From an uncultured Fimbriimonas sp. (GTDB taxonomy: Bacteria > Armatimonadota > Fimbriimonadia > Fimbriimonadales > Fimbriimonadaceae): a stretch of 49,488 bases of DNA. The stretch lies in assembly GCA_964245875.1 (NCBI GenBank), contig CAXTOO010000002.1, positions 1 to 49,488 of the forward strand. The letters are read 5' to 3'. Position numbers and translations under genes: made by a program. Position 1 is the stretch's first letter; each line of letters opens with the position of its first letter. The notes below the pieces were generated by a model, which saw only the letters and a program-made list of their open reading frames with translations, had not been told where the DNA came from and did not search any database. Positions 31,300-41,403 of the stretch are shown one piece after another.

Positions 31300-31761
31300 G
31301 TGCTCTCGCTTGAGGTCGTGAAGGACTACGCGCTCGTCGTGGGCGGGGCGGCGGCGCTCACGACCTTTCTCACGGGCGTGGTCGAGTACGCGCGGCAGGC
31401 GAACCTGCGGCGGGGCGAGGCGTTCATCGCGATGCGGCGGCGGTTTCTGGAGGACCCCTTGTTCCGCGAGATCCTGAACCTCTTGGACCAAGACGACCCC
31501 CGCCTCGCCGAACTCCCCGTCCAAGACCGGCGCAACTTCGTGGGCTTTCTGGAGGAGGTCGCGATCCTCTGCGAGTCGCGGATGATCCGGCGCGAGATCG
31601 CGCACTACATGTTCGGGCGGTACGTCTCGCTCGCGGACGCGAGCGAGAACCTTTGGCGCGGCCTCCACAAGGAGGATCGGTACTGGACGCTTTTCCGGCG
31701 GTACGCACGGGACAATCGGGCGATGGAGGGAGCGGAGGCTCCGAAGAGCCTGCGGTTCTAG
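31300..31761 (+). CDS. Hypothetical membrane-anchored protein (DUF4760-like)
   Basis: N-terminal TM helix, FLEEVAIL...I...IAHYMFG...W...YWTLF pattern; host-like codon usage; GTG start inferred. Confidence 0.7.
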   Translation: MLSLEVVKDYALVVGGAAALTTFLTGVVEYARQANLRRGEAFIAMRRRFLEDPLFREILNLLDQDDPRLAELPVQDRRNFVGFLEEVAILCESRMIRREIAHYMFGRYVSLADASENLWRGLHKEDRYWTLFRRYARDNRAMEGAEAPKSLRF

Positions 31762-31812
31762 GTCGTTGCCGACGCTAAAGCCTGCTCCACGCCGAGAGAC
31801 AGCTTGCTCTCC

Positions 31813-31888
31813 CCCAACCCCCTCTCATCGCCCGTTGCAGTCTGGCGGAAGGCCGATGCGCTTCCGCCGAGGCGACGAGAGGGGGCTC
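31813..31888. terminator. Long GC hairpin between convergent genes (rho 3' end)
   Basis: ccccctctcatcgcc...ggcgacgagaggggg with an inner ggcggaag/cttccgcc stem. Confidence 0.45.
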
Positions 31889-31891
31889 GGA

Positions 31892-33304
31892 CTAGACCGT
31901 CGCCTTCATGCGGGCGACCACGCCGTCGAGGAACGCCTCGTTGGTGGGGGTGCGCTTGACGAGCTTGATGAGCGAGTCGGTCGCCTCGACGGAGTCCTTC
32001 TGGTTCGCGAGCAAGCGGCGGAGCTGGACGATGCCCTCCATGTCCTCCTTGCGGAAGAGGAGCTCCTCCTTTCGAGTGGACGAGCGCTTGACGTCGATGG
32101 CGGGCCAAATGCGCCGCTCGGCGAGGTCGCGGTCGAGGATCAGCTCCATGTTGCCCGTGCCCTTGAGCTCCTCGAAGATCGCCTCGTCCATCTTGGAGTT
32201 GGTCTCTACGAGGATCGAGGCGATGATCGTGAGCGAGCCGCCCTCCTCGATCTTGCGCGCCGCGCCGAAGAAGCGGCGGGGGCGGTGGAGCGCGACGGGG
32301 TCGAGGCCACCGGACATCGTACGGCCGGACGAGTTGCAGGTGAGGTTCGAGGCGCGGGAGAGTCGGGTGAGCGAGTCGAGGAGGATGCAGACGTCCTGGC
32401 CCGCCTCGACGAGGCGCTTCGCCTGTTCCAGGCACATCTCGGCGACCCTCATGTGATTTTCCGGCGGCTCGTCGAACGTGCTGGAGATCACTTGGCCGCG
32501 CACGCTGCGCTTCATGTCGGTGACCTCCTCGGGCCGCTCGTCCACGAGGAGCACCATGAGGGTGACCTCGGGGTGGTTCGCGGCGATGGAGTTCGCGATC
32601 GCCTTCATCATCGTGGTCTTGCCAACCTTTGGTGGGGAGACCACGAGGCCGCGCTGGCCCTTGCCGATGGGCGAGATGATGTCGATGATGCGCTCGGGGA
32701 TCTTGTCCGGCACGGTCTCCATCTTCAGCCGCTCGACCGGGAAGAGGGGGGTCAGCTCATCGAAGTTCTTGCGCTTCGCCATCTCGGCGCTGCCGGTCGC
32801 GTAGGTGTTGACGCTCTCGACACGGAGCAGCCCCGCGAACTTCTCGCCCTCCTTGGGCGCGCGGACGAGGCCGTAGACGGTGTCGCCGAAGCGAAGGTTG
32901 TACTTCTTGATCTGGCTCTGCGATACGAACACGTCGTTTGGGCCTGGGAGGTAGTTGTCCCGGCGCAGGAAGCCAAAGTCCTGAATCGACTCCAGGATGC
33001 CCCTCGCGTAGAGCGATTCGGGGTTGACCTTTTCGAGGAGCGCCTCGACGAGCTCGTGGCGAAGCATCTTCTTCGGGTCGAGCTTGGCGGCCTTCGCCTC
33101 CTTGAGGAGGGCAGCGGGGGTCATGGCGTCGTAGTGGTTGAAATCGACTTCGGGCAGGTTCTCGAAGTCGGCGGCGTCGTTCTTCGGAAGGCCCTCCCGG
33201 TTTTGGCTGCCTCCGCTGCGCCGACGTCGCGGGCCGCCTTGGCCACCGCCGGGGCCACCTTGACCGCCGCCTTGGCCGCCTTTGGGTCGAAACTGGGGGT
33301 TCAT
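31892..33304 (-). CDS. rho: Transcription termination factor Rho
   Basis: FGFLR, PIGKGQRGL, GKTT, DERPEEVTDM, LDSLTRL, GTGNMEL. Confidence 0.98.
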   Translation of the reverse strand: MNPQFRPKGGQGGGQGGPGGGQGGPRRRRSGGSQNREGLPKNDAADFENLPEVDFNHYDAMTPAALLKEAKAAKLDPKKMLRHELVEALLEKVNPESLYARGILESIQDFGFLRRDNYLPGPNDVFVSQSQIKKYNLRFGDTVYGLVRAPKEGEKFAGLLRVESVNTYATGSAEMAKRKNFDELTPLFPVERLKMETVPDKIPERIIDIISPIGKGQRGLVVSPPKVGKTTMMKAIANSIAANHPEVTLMVLLVDERPEEVTDMKRSVRGQVISSTFDEPPENHMRVAEMCLEQAKRLVEAGQDVCILLDSLTRLSRASNLTCNSSGRTMSGGLDPVALHRPRRFFGAARKIEEGGSLTIIASILVETNSKMDEAIFEELKGTGNMELILDRDLAERRIWPAIDVKRSSTRKEELLFRKEDMEGIVQLRRLLANQKDSVEATDSLIKLVKRTPTNEAFLDGVVARMKATV

Positions 33305-33399
33305 GGGGTTGCTCTTGGAAAGCCTTTCCGCGGCGTCGAAGGCCCAAAGGGGCCGACGGTATGCTGGGAGGCGATAAGGGGCGCGTGCAAGGACGCGTT

Positions 33400-33918
33400 C
33401 TACTCGTCGCGGAGGATTCCGACATACGGAAGGTTTCGGTACCTTTCGTCGTAGTCGAGACCATATCCTACCACGAACTCGTTCGCGATGTCAAATCCCA
33501 GGTAGTCGACCCTGACCTCGGTGGTGCGCGCCTCGCCCTTCGAGAGGAGCGACGCGACGCGCAGGCTCTTCGGATGGCGCGTCTCCAGGAGATCGAGCAG
33601 GTAGGCGAGGGTGGTGCCGGTGTCCACGATGTCCTCCACGAGCACGACGTGGCGCCCCTCGATGTTGATGTCGAGGTCCTTGCGGATCTGGACCACGCCG
33701 GTCGAGCTCTTGCCCCCGTGGTAGCTGGAGACCTGCATAAAGTCGAGCTCGGCGTCGGTCTGCATGGCGCGGGCGAGGTCGGAGAAGAAGTGGACCGAGC
33801 CCTTGAGGATCGCGACGAGGATCGGCGTCTCGCCTTCTAGGTCGCCATCGATCTCTCGGGCCAGTTCCGCGATGCGGGACTGGATGCGTTCGGCGGCGAG
33901 CATGGTCGCGACGGGCAT
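33400..33918 (-). CDS. hpt: Hypoxanthine phosphoribosyltransferase
   Basis: ILKGS, VSSY, VLVEDIVDTGTTL, FVVGYGLDY..RYRNLPY. Confidence 0.97.
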   Translation of the reverse strand: MPVATMLAAERIQSRIAELAREIDGDLEGETPILVAILKGSVHFFSDLARAMQTDAELDFMQVSSYHGGKSSTGVVQIRKDLDINIEGRHVVLVEDIVDTGTTLAYLLDLLETRHPKSLRVASLLSKGEARTTEVRVDYLGFDIANEFVVGYGLDYDERYRNLPYVGILRDE

Positions 33919-33995
33919 AGGAGCCTATTATGCCCGTCGAGACCATGCTCGCCTCGCAAGCGCGGTCCACCGCAGCGATCGTTCTTCCGAAGCGC

Positions 33996-35072
33996 CTATC
34001 TTCCGCCGGTTATGGCGCGGGTCGCCTTCGGGGCGATCAATATCAGCAAGCGATAGATCCAAACAAGCAGAAAGGCGAGCGAGAGTGGCACCAAGAAGTA
34101 GAGCACGAGAACGAGACCGTCCGTCCTGGGAGGGACGGCTCGAAAGAGAATCTTGCGGTACAGCTGCATCGAAGGCTCGTGGGCGGCAAAGACGAAAAAA
34201 CTCGAGGAGGCCAGAGCCAGCAAAGCGTTTCTCGTCCCGAGGCTTCTGTGCGCAAGAAGAGTGAGGTACAGGACCGACGGCACTCCGAGAAGCACCACGA
34301 TCTTGTGGACGTACCTTCCCGGTTCCGAGCCGAACGTCGCGGCGCCGATCAGCAACGCCGGGACGTAGAGGATCAGAAGCCGAGGGCCGTACGGATCGAG
34401 CTCAAACAGGCCCTTGCGATTGAGCGCGACGGCACATCCGACAGCGAAGAAGAGCGTCGCCTCGATGCTCGGCAGGTAGGTCGGCCCCCAGTCGAAGAGC
34501 CACAGAGACGCCAGCACGCCAACGCAGACCACCCCACGCCATCCCCTCAGAAGGGCGAACACGGGCGCAGCCAGAACGAGCAACATCAGGTCTCGGATAA
34601 ACCAGAACTGGAACGAGACCGGGTAGCGGCCGATGCCGAACATCGCGCTCAGGTACCACAGGGCGTCGTTGTGGAGGATGCGTGGCTCGTCGCCCGAAAA
34701 ATACCTCGCGGTCGCCGGAAGGTTCTGGCCAAGCGCGAAAAGCAGGAGCGTTAGACCGTTCCAGAAAAGATACGGGATCAGCAGGCTTCGGATTCTCGAG
34801 CGAAGCTTTTTCTTGTAGGCGAGCAGGGACCAGGCGACCCCCTCGAAGAAGAGGTAGCCGGAAATCAGGAAGAACAGCGGGACCGCTACCCTCGCGATGT
34901 TCTGAGAGAAAAGATTCCGGACAAAAACGTTGACCAAACCCGTATGATCGGCGCCGGCGGAGTCCCGAGCGAAGTTGACCTGCGTTTCGTAGCCGTGGAT
35001 GAAAAGCACGGCCACGATGAGCGGAAACCGGAGGAGGTCGAGTCGCTGAGAGGCTTCACTGGATCGATTCAT
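33996..35072 (-). CDS. Acyltransferase-3 family integral membrane O-acyltransferase
   Basis: LDLLR...FIH, AVPLFFLISGYLF, RIRSLLIPY, QFWFIRDL. Confidence 0.9.
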   Translation of the reverse strand: MNRSSEASQRLDLLRFPLIVAVLFIHGYETQVNFARDSAGADHTGLVNVFVRNLFSQNIARVAVPLFFLISGYLFFEGVAWSLLAYKKKLRSRIRSLLIPYLFWNGLTLLLFALGQNLPATARYFSGDEPRILHNDALWYLSAMFGIGRYPVSFQFWFIRDLMLLVLAAPVFALLRGWRGVVCVGVLASLWLFDWGPTYLPSIEATLFFAVGCAVALNRKGLFELDPYGPRLLILYVPALLIGAATFGSEPGRYVHKIVVLLGVPSVLYLTLLAHRSLGTRNALLALASSSFFVFAAHEPSMQLYRKILFRAVPPRTDGLVLVLYFLVPLSLAFLLVWIYRLLILIAPKATRAITGGR

Positions 35073-35328
35073 TGATCTACGTCCGATCGAGTCGGAGGCT
35101 GACGGCGAAGGGCACCCTCAATCTGCGGGCAGAGTACCCAACCCTTGCTCGCTGTAGATCCAGGTGAAAGCTATCGATTGACAACTGGGTCATCAGTCGG
35201 TTGCCGCCTATGTTGGCGCGGGCTGAGGAGCAAGGGCGCGAAAGCCTACGCTGGGACCGCAAGCTCGGATGCCACCCAGGCCCAAGAAGCATCGCGGTCT
35301 TCCGAAGGTCCCTTGCTGACGGGACGCA

Positions 35329-37074
35329 CTAGCCGAAGCACTCGAAGTGGATCGCCTTGACGGCCTCCAGGGGCACCTTGGGCTTTCGGTCATAGCCCAG
35401 AAGGCCATTGTTCTCCTGTTCCACGTCCGTGAGCTGGGTGTAGCAGAAGCCCGCGACGCCGATGTCGGCGATCGCCCGCATGATGTCGCGGTACTTGGCC
35501 AGCAGCTCCTCGGGGGTGCGGAAGGTGCCGTACACGGTGTAGAGGCGGTCCATGTCGCCGATCGCCTTGTCGGCGGGCAGAAGCAGGAAGCCGCCGGTCT
35601 CGCTGAGGACGATCGGCTGGCCGCGGTACCGGGCATCGCCCACGAAGTGGGCGAGCCGGCCCTTGCCCCAGGTTCGCGCCGGGAAGGAGCCGGCTCCCCA
35701 CCGCGCGTGGAGGCCGTCGCCGGTCGGGGTGTAGTCGTGGATGGCGGCGATGTCGGTCACGTCGGCGTGCTCCCAGCCGTCGTTGTCGATCACCGGCCGC
35801 GTCGGGTCGAGCCGCCGGGTGAGGGCCACGAGACGTTCCATGAACGCGTACTGCGGCCCGTGCGCCTTGCCCAGCGCCGGCACGCCCCAGCTCTCGTTGA
35901 GCGGCACCCAGGTGACGATGCACGGATGGCCGTGGTCTCGCCGCACCGCCCGCTCCCACTCGGCGGCGAACCGCTCCTCGGTCTCGAACGACCAGCGGCG
36001 CGCGTTGGCCATCTCGCCCCAGACGAGGAGGCCCAGGCGGTCGCACCAGGCGAGCCAGCGCGGGTCCTCGACCTTCTGGTGCTTGCGCGCGCCGTTGAAG
36101 CCCATCGCCTTCGTCAGTTCGACGTCCCTCCGCAGCGCGTCGCCATCGGGGGCGGTGAGGCCGCCGTCGGGCCAGTAGCCCTGATCGAGCACCATCTTGA
36201 GGAAGGTCCTCTCGCCGTTCAGGAGGAAATGGTCCTTCTCGATCGTGAACTCGCGGACGCCCGCGTAGGTGTGAACCTCGTCCAAGAGCTCCTCGCCTTC
36301 GAAGAGCTGGAGCCGGATGCCGTGGAGCGTCGGGGTTACGGGGGTCCAGCGTCGGCCCGGCGGGACGTCGAGGGTGAAGCGGGCGGCGGCGGGATCGTGG
36401 ACGGGGAGCTCCGTGGTGCCCGACGGACCCTCGACCCGGATGCGGTAGTCGCCCGCATGGGCGTGGAGGGTGACCTCGACCTCCAGCCGGTCGGGTTCCA
36501 GCCGGGGCACGATCCTCACGGTCTCGAAGCGGCGCGCGCCCACGGGCTCCAGCCAGACGCGCTGCCAAATGCCGGTCGTGCAGTAGTAGTCGATGCCTTT
36601 GGGCTTGCCGCTCGACGACTGCTTGCCCCGCGGCTGCTCCCACGACTGTCCGTCGACAACCCGCAGGGCCAGCCGGTTCTTGCCCGCGCGAAGGTAGGGC
36701 TTGACGTCGAACGAGAACGGCACGTTTCCGCCACGATTGCCGCCGATCTCGCGTCCGTTGAGCCAGACGGTGGTCTCGTAGTCGACCGCGCCGCAGTGGA
36801 GCAGCAGGTCCCCCGCGCGCTCCTCGGGCGTCGGGTCGAAGTCCAGCGCGTACCAGACGGTCTCGTGAACGGCCTTGTCGCCGATGCCCGAGAGGTCCGC
36901 CTGGTAGGCAAAGGGGACTTGGATCGTGAGCGGCAGCGTGGGCTTGCGGAACCAAGACCGCCGCGTCCCGACGCGCTTGTCGTCGAACGCGAACTCCCAC
37001 GTTCCGGAAAGGTCGCGCCAGGCGGCGCGGGTCATCGTCGGACGAGGATGGTTCGGGTCGGGCAGATTGTCCAT
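35329..37074 (-). CDS. Glycoside hydrolase family 2
   Basis: HCGAVDY, QPRGKQ, TGIWQ, LDQGYWP, RKHQKVE, WVPLNESWG, LSETGG, YTQLTDVEQENNG. Confidence 0.93.
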   Translation of the reverse strand: MDNLPDPNHPRPTMTRAAWRDLSGTWEFAFDDKRVGTRRSWFRKPTLPLTIQVPFAYQADLSGIGDKAVHETVWYALDFDPTPEERAGDLLLHCGAVDYETTVWLNGREIGGNRGGNVPFSFDVKPYLRAGKNRLALRVVDGQSWEQPRGKQSSSGKPKGIDYYCTTGIWQRVWLEPVGARRFETVRIVPRLEPDRLEVEVTLHAHAGDYRIRVEGPSGTTELPVHDPAAARFTLDVPPGRRWTPVTPTLHGIRLQLFEGEELLDEVHTYAGVREFTIEKDHFLLNGERTFLKMVLDQGYWPDGGLTAPDGDALRRDVELTKAMGFNGARKHQKVEDPRWLAWCDRLGLLVWGEMANARRWSFETEERFAAEWERAVRRDHGHPCIVTWVPLNESWGVPALGKAHGPQYAFMERLVALTRRLDPTRPVIDNDGWEHADVTDIAAIHDYTPTGDGLHARWGAGSFPARTWGKGRLAHFVGDARYRGQPIVLSETGGFLLLPADKAIGDMDRLYTVYGTFRTPEELLAKYRDIMRAIADIGVAGFCYTQLTDVEQENNGLLGYDRKPKVPLEAVKAIHFECFG

Positions 37075-37099
37075 AGGTCTCTTGCAGGACCTATTAGAC

Positions 37100-37789
37100 C
37101 TACTTCGCGTCGAGGGCCGCGATCTCCTTCTTGGCCCGCTCGGCGTAGGCGGTGTCGGGGGTGAGCCGGAGGATGTTCTCGAACGCCATCCGGGCCTTTG
37201 CCTTCTCGCCGAGGCGCACGTAGGCGATGCCGAGCTCGCCGTACGCCTCGCCCTGGACGTGGGTCGACGCGCCGTTCACGCGCGGCCCCACCTCCTTCAG
37301 GAGCGCGAGGCAGTCGTCGCGGATGTGCTCCCAGTTCGAGCGCGGCACGGGGATGCCGGGAACGTACTGCGCCTGTGCGTAGAGCGTCGTGGCGCGCATC
37401 ATATAGATGTTGTAGTCCTTCGGCTTCAGGGCGACCGCCGCGTCGACGTTCTTCCGCGACTCGGCGAGGAGCGACGCCGCCTCCTCCCTTTGCCCTTTGA
37501 AGCTCGCCTTGATCGCCCGGATCGTCTGGCCGTTGCCAAGCCAGACGAGCGCCCGCGCGTCCCGGGGGTTCTTCCTCACCATCGCGTCGATCTCGACGTA
37601 GGCGGCGTCGAACGTCTTGAAGTCGCCGTGCAGCGCGGCGAAGAACTTTTGCCGGTACTCCGTGATGAACGGGTCCTCGACGTAGGTGCCAGGCCTTTTC
37701 TGCTCGTGCTCCGAGGCCTTGGGAAACACGAACTGGGCGTGCGCGGACGACGCGGCGGCGAGCAAGGCGAAGAACGGGAGACGGCGCAT
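37100..37789 (-). CDS. Exported TPR-repeat protein
   Basis: Signal peptide MRRLPFFALLAAASSAHA; helical TPR-like repeats (AYGELGIAYVRLG). Confidence 0.8.
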   Translation of the reverse strand: MRRLPFFALLAAASSAHAQFVFPKASEHEQKRPGTYVEDPFITEYRQKFFAALHGDFKTFDAAYVEIDAMVRKNPRDARALVWLGNGQTIRAIKASFKGQREEAASLLAESRKNVDAAVALKPKDYNIYMMRATTLYAQAQYVPGIPVPRSNWEHIRDDCLALLKEVGPRVNGASTHVQGEAYGELGIAYVRLGEKAKARMAFENILRLTPDTAYAERAKKEIAALDAK

Positions 37790-37835
37790 CGGCTCTATCC
37801 TACGCCATAGAGGCGCGGGTATCTTCGCATTTCCA

Positions 37836-38387
37836 ATGCGTTGCCTTTCGTTGGTGGCCCTCGTCGCCCTTCTCGGCTGTGGCCGCCCCTCGGCGCCGAC
37901 GGTCGCGAACGCCTCGCCCCTTGCCGATCCGACGGCCGCGCGACGCGAGGACGACGCCCAGGCGGCGTATGCCTTGGACAACGCGCTCACCGCGATCCAG
38001 GAGGCGCTCGCCGAGACGAAGAGGCTCGCCCCGACCGCAGGGGGCGACGCCAAGGAGGCGCTCCTGGACATCGCCGAGATGTACGACTCGGCGGGCGCGA
38101 CCCTCGCCGACCACAACGATCCGCCCCCACCTTTGGAGGAGTACCGGAAGGCTCCGGCGGAGCGGGCGTCCGAGCGTTCCCAGGCGGTGACCGACGCGCT
38201 CGACGCCCTGCACGAGCTACGTGACGCCCAGGGGACCCTGGACGACCTCTCGCAGACGGTCCCTGCCGAGCACAAGGCGCCGCTGGACGCGATCCAAGCC
38301 CAGACGGACGAGGCGATCGACTCCGTTGAGGGCGCGATCAAGCGGCTGGGCGGCAAGGTGCCGCCGGACGAGGAGCCAGGAATCTAG
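37836..38387 (+). CDS. Putative lipoprotein (helical)
   Basis: MRCLSLVALVALLG-C lipobox-like sequence. Confidence 0.75.
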   Translation: MRCLSLVALVALLGCGRPSAPTVANASPLADPTAARREDDAQAAYALDNALTAIQEALAETKRLAPTAGGDAKEALLDIAEMYDSAGATLADHNDPPPPLEEYRKAPAERASERSQAVTDALDALHELRDAQGTLDDLSQTVPAEHKAPLDAIQAQTDEAIDSVEGAIKRLGGKVPPDEEPGI

Positions 38388-38582
38388 GGGTTAGGTGAAG
38401 GGCTGCCTTGGGGCGAGGGTCCGGGAACCTGAGGGCAAGCGAGCGGGGAGGGGACAGGAAGGCTCCCGAGGCGTCGAAGAGAGTTCTGTCCCTCGTTCTT
38501 AGTCGTAAGCCGACGCTCGCAGGGCCGCTCGCGGAAGCGGTCGCAAGCGCCCGCAGCCCAAAACGGAGCCTCGTCTCTTGCG

Positions 38583-39170
38583 CTAACTCTCTGGTTCCTC
38601 GAACGACCGCTCGTACAGCTTCACCTGGTACACCTTCTGCCGCGGGAGAGAGGCGCGGAAGGCGGCCTCGTCGTCCCAGGCGCAGAAGCCGACCACCTCC
38701 TCGGGGAGGTTCTGGTTCACCGCGACGAGCATTCCGGCGAAACCAGGGATCGCGGCCAGCTCGGCGAAGGTCCGCAGGTACACGTCGATGAGGTTGGGGC
38801 CGTAGCCCGGCTCGGCGATGCGGATGGAAATCGAGAGCGCGGGCGCCTGCGCGAGGCTGCCCTTCAGGGCGCCCTCGGCGTGGACCACCGACAGGGCGAG
38901 CGCGTCGGACGGCTCGGCCCCCGGCCCTTGCCGCTCGATGAGGGTGCGCCGCTCGGCGACGACGACGAGCCCCGCCCGGGCCGCCTCCTCGCTCGCGTAG
39001 GAGAAAAGGATCATGCGAGAGAGCGGCTCCTGCACGCTCTGCCAAACGCCATAGCCCTGGAATCCGTCCACCCCGGCCAGGGCCGTGCCCACGGACTTCG
39101 CGTAGGCGCTCGGCGCCCTCGCGTCATCCTCGTGGAGCCGGACGCGGACCATGATGATCGTTTCCGCCAT
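38583..39170 (-). CDS. Tandem ABM-like (dimeric alpha/beta barrel) protein, paralog 1
   Basis: VDGFQG and IPGFAG half-repeats, W.DEAAF; similar to the adjacent ORF. Confidence 0.75.
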   Translation of the reverse strand: MAETIIMVRVRLHEDDARAPSAYAKSVGTALAGVDGFQGYGVWQSVQEPLSRMILFSYASEEAARAGLVVVAERRTLIERQGPGAEPSDALALSVVHAEGALKGSLAQAPALSISIRIAEPGYGPNLIDVYLRTFAELAAIPGFAGMLVAVNQNLPEEVVGFCAWDDEAAFRASLPRQKVYQVKLYERSFEEPES

Positions 39171-39327
39171 AGGCCTCCTAGTGTATCCCTCGCCGCGTGT
39201 TCGGGGGAGGAAGATGGAATAGACCCTGCATGGCCGTGCGCGTGCCCCTGCCCTTGGCGTTCGCGCTGATCCTCGGGATCGGCCTGCTCCTGTGCGTTCC
39301 CCAGATGAAGCGCGCGTCGCAGCGCGC

Positions 39328-39906
39328 TCAGGCTTCTCCGAGAGGTTCGTAGAGATCGATCGCGTAGGGGACGCTCACGGGAAGCGAGGCGGTGAAGGCC
39401 TCTTCGTTCCGCCAGGCGGCGAGGCCTGCGACCTCGTCCTCTCCCTTCACGTTCGAACCGATCAGCATCCCCGCATAGCCGGGCATCGTCGCTAGGCCGC
39501 TGAAAACGTCTTCGTACTCTTCCACCATCTCCGGACCGTAGCCCGGCTCGGAGAGCCGAACGCTGAGTGACACCAGGACGTCGTCGCGGAGCGCACTCAG
39601 GAACGTTCCGCCGGACCGGAGGACCTTGAGGACCTTGACGTCGGCGGGCATCGCCCCCATGCTCTGCCGCTCGATCAGCGTGGGAACCTCTTCGATCGCC
39701 ACGAGTCCCCGGCTGGCGGCCTCGGGGCTCTCGTAAAGGAAGAGGACAAGCCGCGCGTGGGGATCCTGGACCCCTTTCCACGCGCCGCTCCCCAAGAATC
39801 CGGTCACCGGGCTGAGCGCCGCCTGCATCTCCCTCAGGTAACCCCTTACCGCGCCGACGTCCTCCCAGCCTAGCGTGAGCCGTACAAGAATGAGGGACTT
39901 GGACAT
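39328..39906 (-). CDS. Tandem ABM-like protein, paralog 2
   Basis: VTGFLG and MPGYAG half-repeats; shares the EPGYGP motif. Confidence 0.75.
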   Translation of the reverse strand: MSKSLILVRLTLGWEDVGAVRGYLREMQAALSPVTGFLGSGAWKGVQDPHARLVLFLYESPEAASRGLVAIEEVPTLIERQSMGAMPADVKVLKVLRSGGTFLSALRDDVLVSLSVRLSEPGYGPEMVEEYEDVFSGLATMPGYAGMLIGSNVKGEDEVAGLAAWRNEEAFTASLPVSVPYAIDLYEPLGEA

Positions 39907-39959
39907 CGACTTCTAGGTTAGCCCACAACGCGCCGGATGCCAAGGGCGTAGACGCGATT

Positions 39960-40649
39960 GTGAAGCCCATCGCCCGCGCCCTGCGCCTTTTCGCCCGAGA
40001 ACGAGGGCTCTGGCGCTACGCTCTCGCGCCGCTCCTCTGGGCCGCCCTCGCCTACGCGCTCGTCGTCCTCATGGTCTCCGGCACCGCCCTGGGCGTGGGC
40101 GAGTGGCTCGGCAGCCACGAGATGGGAATCCTGGCGGCGTTTGTGGGCTTCGTGCTTTCGATCGTGCTCGGCGGCGCGATCTACCTCGCGCTCGTGGCCC
40201 TTATCGCCGGGTTCGGCTTCGATCGCCTGAGCATCGAGGTCGAGCGGCGGGAGTTCGGCCGGTCGGTGGGCGAGCCTCGCGGCTTCGCGGCCGGAGTGGG
40301 AGACGGCCTCGCGCGGGCGCTCCTCGCCGCCGTCCTCGGTCTGGTCTCCCTCTGCGGCTCGGGGACGGTCGTGATCCCCCTTCTCGCCGCCGCCGCCCTC
40401 GGCCTCCTCGACTTCACCGCGCCCGCGCTCCTTCGGCGAGGAGTTGGCCTTGGCCGCCAGTTCGGCATCGCGCGGCGATTGCCGGGCGCCCTTCCCTTCG
40501 CCCTGATTTCGGGCGTCGTTCTCCTGATACCCGTGGTCAACGTGCTCGCGCTTCCGATCCTCGTCGCGGCGGGCACGATCCTGGTGGCCGAAGGGGATGC
40601 CTCCTTCCAGGAGGCATCCCTCGGGGTGCCACCGGCTTCCAGCCGGTAG
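39960..40649 (+). CDS. EI24/CysZ-like membrane protein
   Basis: Multiple TM helices, FDRLSIEVE, LIPVVNVL. Confidence 0.75.
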   Translation: MKPIARALRLFARERGLWRYALAPLLWAALAYALVVLMVSGTALGVGEWLGSHEMGILAAFVGFVLSIVLGGAIYLALVALIAGFGFDRLSIEVERREFGRSVGEPRGFAAGVGDGLARALLAAVLGLVSLCGSGTVVIPLLAAAALGLLDFTAPALLRRGVGLGRQFGIARRLPGALPFALISGVVLLIPVVNVLALPILVAAGTILVAEGDASFQEASLGVPPASSR

Positions 40650-40672
40650 GCGGGGTACGCTCCTTCCTCGGA

Positions 40673-41398
40673 ATGATCACGCGAGGCAGGTTCGGACGGG
40701 CGCTGGTGAAGCTGAGCGGGGAGGCCCTCGCGGGCGATTTCAAGTTCGGCCTCGACATCAAGATCCTGAACTACATCGCGGGCGAGATCAAGGCGGTCCA
40801 CGACGCGGGCCACGAGGTCGCGATCGTCGTCGGTGGCGGCAATTTCGTGCGTGGGGAGAGCTTCTCGGCGGAAGGCGGCATCGACCGGAGTGTGGCGGAC
40901 CAGATGGGAATGCTCGGCACCCTCATGAACGCCCTCGCGCTCCAGAGCGCCATCGAGCACACCGGCCTTCCCGTCCGCGTCCAAAGCGCGATCGAGATCA
41001 GCAAGGTCGCGGAAAGCTTTATCCGCCGCCGCGCGATCCGCCACATGGAGAAGGGCCGCGTGGTGGTCTTCGCCGCCGGAACGGGCAACCCCTACTTCAC
41101 GACCGACACCGCCGCCGTGCTGCGGGCGCTGGAGATTGAGGCCGATGTGCTCGTCAAGGCGACCCTCGTGGACGGCGTGTACGACAGCGACCCGCGCAAG
41201 AACCCCGACGCCAAGCGGTACGACACGCTAGACTACTCGACCGCGATCGAAAATCGACTCGGCGTGATGGACCAGACCGCGTTCACCATGTGCCGGGAAC
41301 ACAAGCTGCCCCTCGTCGTGTTGGATTTCCACAAAGGGGGGAGCCTCGCGGACGCCCTGCGCGGCGGTCCGAGCGGCACCCTCGTCGGAGGCGAATAA
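40673..41398 (+). CDS. pyrH: Uridylate kinase
   Basis: KLSGEAL, GGGNFVRG, DQMGMLGT, GTGNPYFTTDTAA, VDGVYDSDP. Confidence 0.98.
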   Translation: MITRGRFGRALVKLSGEALAGDFKFGLDIKILNYIAGEIKAVHDAGHEVAIVVGGGNFVRGESFSAEGGIDRSVADQMGMLGTLMNALALQSAIEHTGLPVRVQSAIEISKVAESFIRRRAIRHMEKGRVVVFAAGTGNPYFTTDTAAVLRALEIEADVLVKATLVDGVYDSDPRKNPDAKRYDTLDYSTAIENRLGVMDQTAFTMCREHKLPLVVLDFHKGGSLADALRGGPSGTLVGGE

Positions 41399-41403
41399 AG
41401 ACC

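Noticed and set aside
40103-40672. Long N-terminal extension of pyrH (also of frr from 41290 and uppS from 41971)
   Set aside because: They overlap upstream genes or repeats; conserved motifs begin at the later ATGs.
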